Shown here piece by piece: positions 60,404 through 64,000 of a stretch of 64,000 bases of DNA. Made by a program: the position numbers and the translations under genes. The stretch is from Auanema rhodensis (Eukaryota > Animalia > Nematoda). The stretch spans positions 15,686,001 to 15,750,000 of the forward strand of contig OZ059895.1 in NCBI GenBank assembly GCA_964057225.1, in the 5' to 3' direction. A model generated the notes under the pieces. It saw nothing but the letters and a program-made list of their open reading frames with translations, was not told the DNA's origin and did not search any database. Numbering within the stretch: the first letter of the stretch is position 1; the number at the start of each line of letters is the position of its first letter.

Positions 60404-61375
60404 GATTCACAGTTCTACTCAATAAATGTAAAACCAATTATCCAACTCGTTCATACATGAACTTCGGTATTTTCATTTTCAAACGGCAGCTTCATGAGCA
60501 GTTCTAAAGCTAAATGTCGTCTGATATTAAGTATAGAATAACATGGATGTCTATCTTCATTTGAAAGAAAGCAAATAATTCTTCGGAAAATTGAGAGGGC
60601 GGATAGTCATATTGTCATGAGAATTTGGGAAACATCTGAGAATTCTCCGTCATACCTAAAGAGCAACAGCTTTAACAGTTCTGTTCTTGAAATTCTATTG
60701 AATTTTTATTTTTATTAACATTTTAAAAATTAATTTTGATTTGAATAACTCTTATTATTGGAAAGAAATGTTTTATGCAATATGTGGGGAAGTATTGTGT
60801 TTGTGTGTTGTGTTTCTCTTTTGAAAAATTTACTTTTTTTCAAACTTATTCCAAATTCAAGCTTTAAGCTTTTGTTCATCAAAATATTATATTGATTATC
60901 CATTGAATGATAAAGATATTCGTGAACTAAAGTTCTATTTTGAAAAGTAAAATCAAGAATCAACACAACATGCACAAGTAATAACTAGAAAGTTCAATAA
61001 TAGTTTCAAAGAATAATAAATATATTTGCCAACTCAATTGAATTGAAGAAATTCGATCCTAATGTGAGTTTGGAAGATGCGCTCATTTCTATATTTCACA
61101 CAACGAATGCGAATGAACCAGACAGGTATGCAGATTTTCCACGTAAGTTCAATAGAGAGCGTTTCATATTTTCATTTGCAAATTGCCCGTGAAGAAAATG
61201 TTTACAACTTTCAATTGTTTTTCAACAACAATTTTGGAAAACAATGGAGATGAACGTTACAATGATGAATTTATATCTTTGTTTTTTCATTGGAGCATCG
61301 CCTGCGATCAGAAAAAATATAATTCAAGAAATATTTTATTTATATAAGTATTCTATTATGTTCTCTAATTCGAAA

Positions 61376-63715
61376 TTAAAGTCCAGAGTTCAACCAGCTT
61401 CTTAAAGTAGCATAAATAGTTTTTCTTGCAGCAGTAAGACTGGCACGATCAGTACTAGAGGCAGAATACATATCAGCGCAATGGGAAGTTCCTGAAATAA
61501 AATTTCATATTTTTTCCTAAGAAATAGAGTTGAACCTTCAATGACAACTGGAACGATGCCAGTCTGGTTATAAGCATCGAGCTTTCCAAGTGCATGCCAT
61601 GGGTCATAGCTACCATTAGGAAGAATGATGCCTTTAGTCTGAAAACTTCAGTTGAGACAGTTTGGTTTATCATATATTCGTACTGAAATTGAAGTAGCTC
61701 CGTAGTTGTTATTAGTGCCAACAATCGCCTTAGCAATGCTATTTTGGGTGAAGTTGCCTCCATAAATATCAGCACATTGTTGAACATAGAAACTGAAGAA
61801 AAATAATAAATCATTGAAAACACGAACTTAAACCTACTCAATGCCAACATTGCCTTGTCCTCCCCAGAATGGTCCAGCGGTAGTGGAGTCAGTTGTCTGA
61901 TAGTATCCGAATTCAGTGCAAGTTTGGTAAACCCAGGCACGAGCTATGGCAAAAACATATTAATTCGAACATTCATTCTATCATACCATCAGCACTGTCG
62001 GAGTCGAAGTCAGTATTTTGGTAGAATTGAATCATACTATTATAATCAATGGAACTGCAGCCAAATTGGCCTTGTATGTCGTTGAAATAGTTATTAACCT
62101 AAAGGGGAAGTTATAGAATGTTAAACGATTACATTAGAATCAACCCTTTTCAGCTTAACCAAAGAAGAAAGAGTATTGTCGTTGTGGAAACGGCAGATAG
62201 CATGATCGATTGTTAAAGAGTTCTTGAAGAGACCCTGAAAATACATAATGAAGTTAAAGATATGAAAACGATTATAGAATCCTTACAGCATTATCTCCAC
62301 TGTATTGAACAGTTTCCATGTAAGGTCCAAATACAGTTGACCAGAAATTTTGAATTTGTTTTTTGTCGTTGATATCTAATTTCTCACAAATACTACAAGA
62401 AAATATTTACAAAAAAGTTGAAAAACACCAATACGTACCCGAATGTACTTTGAAGAGTGGTTCGGCCTGAAGCAACGGCAAGGAGTGTGGCAACTTGTTT
62501 CATAGCGCTAGCTATAGATGCAGCGCAGGAAGCACTGGTGGATTTAATGGAAGCTTGAACGACCTCCATATATTCTGAAAAATTCAAAATTAGTTCAGGG
62601 AAGTATATATCAATTTACGAGTAAAATCAAGCTCAGCCATAACAGGACCACTGCTGCCAACGGCGAAAGAAACGAGCTCTGGGTGTTTGATTCTCATCCA
62701 AGCAGCCAGATTTCCTAAACCAAAGCTTTCTATGATCACCGATATTAAATAGAAATACCGGAGTAAGATCCTCCGAAAGTAACAACAGTGGAGTTGCCAA
62801 GACTAGGCTTCAGTACCTTCAGTCCCTAAACAGCATTAATTAAATCATCTAATTAATAGAAATCAGAATACTTTGATCAAGTTAGCATAATCCTCAATAG
62901 CTTGTTCAGAACTCAAATACTGGAGGTTATCAGTAGACATGTCACTGAGCGAAAGAAAGTTACTACATGTAACGAATCAACCGAACTTACGAAGTAGGTC
63001 TACTTTGTCCATAATACCGATGCTCAGCACTCAGAAGGAAAGCATTTCGTTCTTTGGCGAATTGAACCCATGGGAGAGAACCTGAAATACATATTGTAGA
63101 ATGATATGCAAAATAACGCTTACTATCAGTAACCCAATATGAACTTTCAGCAGATTCTCCTCCAAGCATGAAGAATATTGGTCCACCGACTTTATAGTAA
63201 TCGGCAGAGTACCAATATCTCTGTAAATTAAAATTTAGATAGAAAATTTTAATGTCTAAGTTTAACCAGTAGTCATTCCTATTCATATTCGTTCTATCTT
63301 TGAGTTGTAAAAGAACATTACCTGCTTATATGTTCCACGATTTGGGTTGTTATGATCAATGTAATTATCAAAAGTTGAGGCAACATAGTTTTGTTGGGGA
63401 ACGAATTCAGATTCCTAAAAATAAACTCTAAATCCACGTTTTAGAATATTTGGATAGTTTTTATCAAAAGACGCAAAGTACATGAGTACGATAGCAGGTA
63501 ATAGGGAGTCAACTTCATGAAGATACCTGTGGTTTAAGAACGAGTCCATGAGAGAATCTGCCACCAATCATAGGACGGCGTTTGTTCACCTTTTGAACAG
63601 GAGTTGCATGAGCCAGCAAGGCCAAGCCTGAAAATTTATCCAATATATTATTCAATCTCTAGCAAACTGTATGAAACATACCCAGAAGAACTAAAACAGT
63701 CCGAGAAGCTAACAT
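61376..63715 (-). CDS. Serine carboxypeptidase family S28, copy B (tandem paralog)
   Basis: Same exon structure and catalytic motifs as copy A, offset by ~5750 bp. Confidence 0.93.
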
Positions 63716-64000
63716 TGTCAATGACTGTAAAGAAAGCTTTATCTTGAAGCATTTATATAGAAGATGGGGTGTGGTAATTCTTATCTAAATTTTTAATTCA
63801 ATACAGCATGATGTGATTAAAAACCAAATAATGATAAAAATCCGCAAGGATTTAATGCGTTTAACAACAAAAAAAAACCAAAATCAAAATTTGGTTCGTG
63901 TTTAATAATTTTCATCTGATTGTCTTATTAAATGACGTGATTATCTCAAGTTGACGTTTGATACGCCACGTTTTGATAAAATGACGTGATTATCTCAAGT

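Overview
Eukaryotic, AT-rich nematode (rhabditid-like) genomic DNA with ~45-55 nt introns and tttcag-type acceptors. The six-frame ORFs are mostly exon fragments, so I spliced gene models by hand; internal exon boundaries are approximate and gene names come from recognised motifs, not database searches. From left to right: a single-pass membrane protein with a C2-like ectodomain; a head-to-head GABA-A-type subunit pair (lgc-37-like, gab-1) in a (GA)n-rich 18 kb domain; an X-box-preceded, possibly tectonic-like gene; a secreted ~10 FN3/4 Ig protein; an orphan secreted cationic protein; a housekeeping block (ger-1, ubc-18, div-1, rnp-5, dbn-1, a likely epg-6/ZNRD2/MRM1 operon, wdr-4); a small Cys-rich secreted protein; a decayed Merlin (IS1595-like) transposon with repeats, hairpins and a probable solo LTR; a GT31 galactosyltransferase; and two S28 peptidase paralogs with mosaic identity flanking an orphan Cys-loop channel. 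The most notable signals are three GC-AG introns in the GABA pair, a micro-exon that gives GDP-fucose synthase an MGxxxS myristoylation motif, a 13-bp-periodic 4x CACGTG array, flip/flop forms of a hairpin beside the Merlin element, a candidate structured ncRNA, and patchy gene conversion between the S28 genes. No single new biological system is proven from sequence alone.
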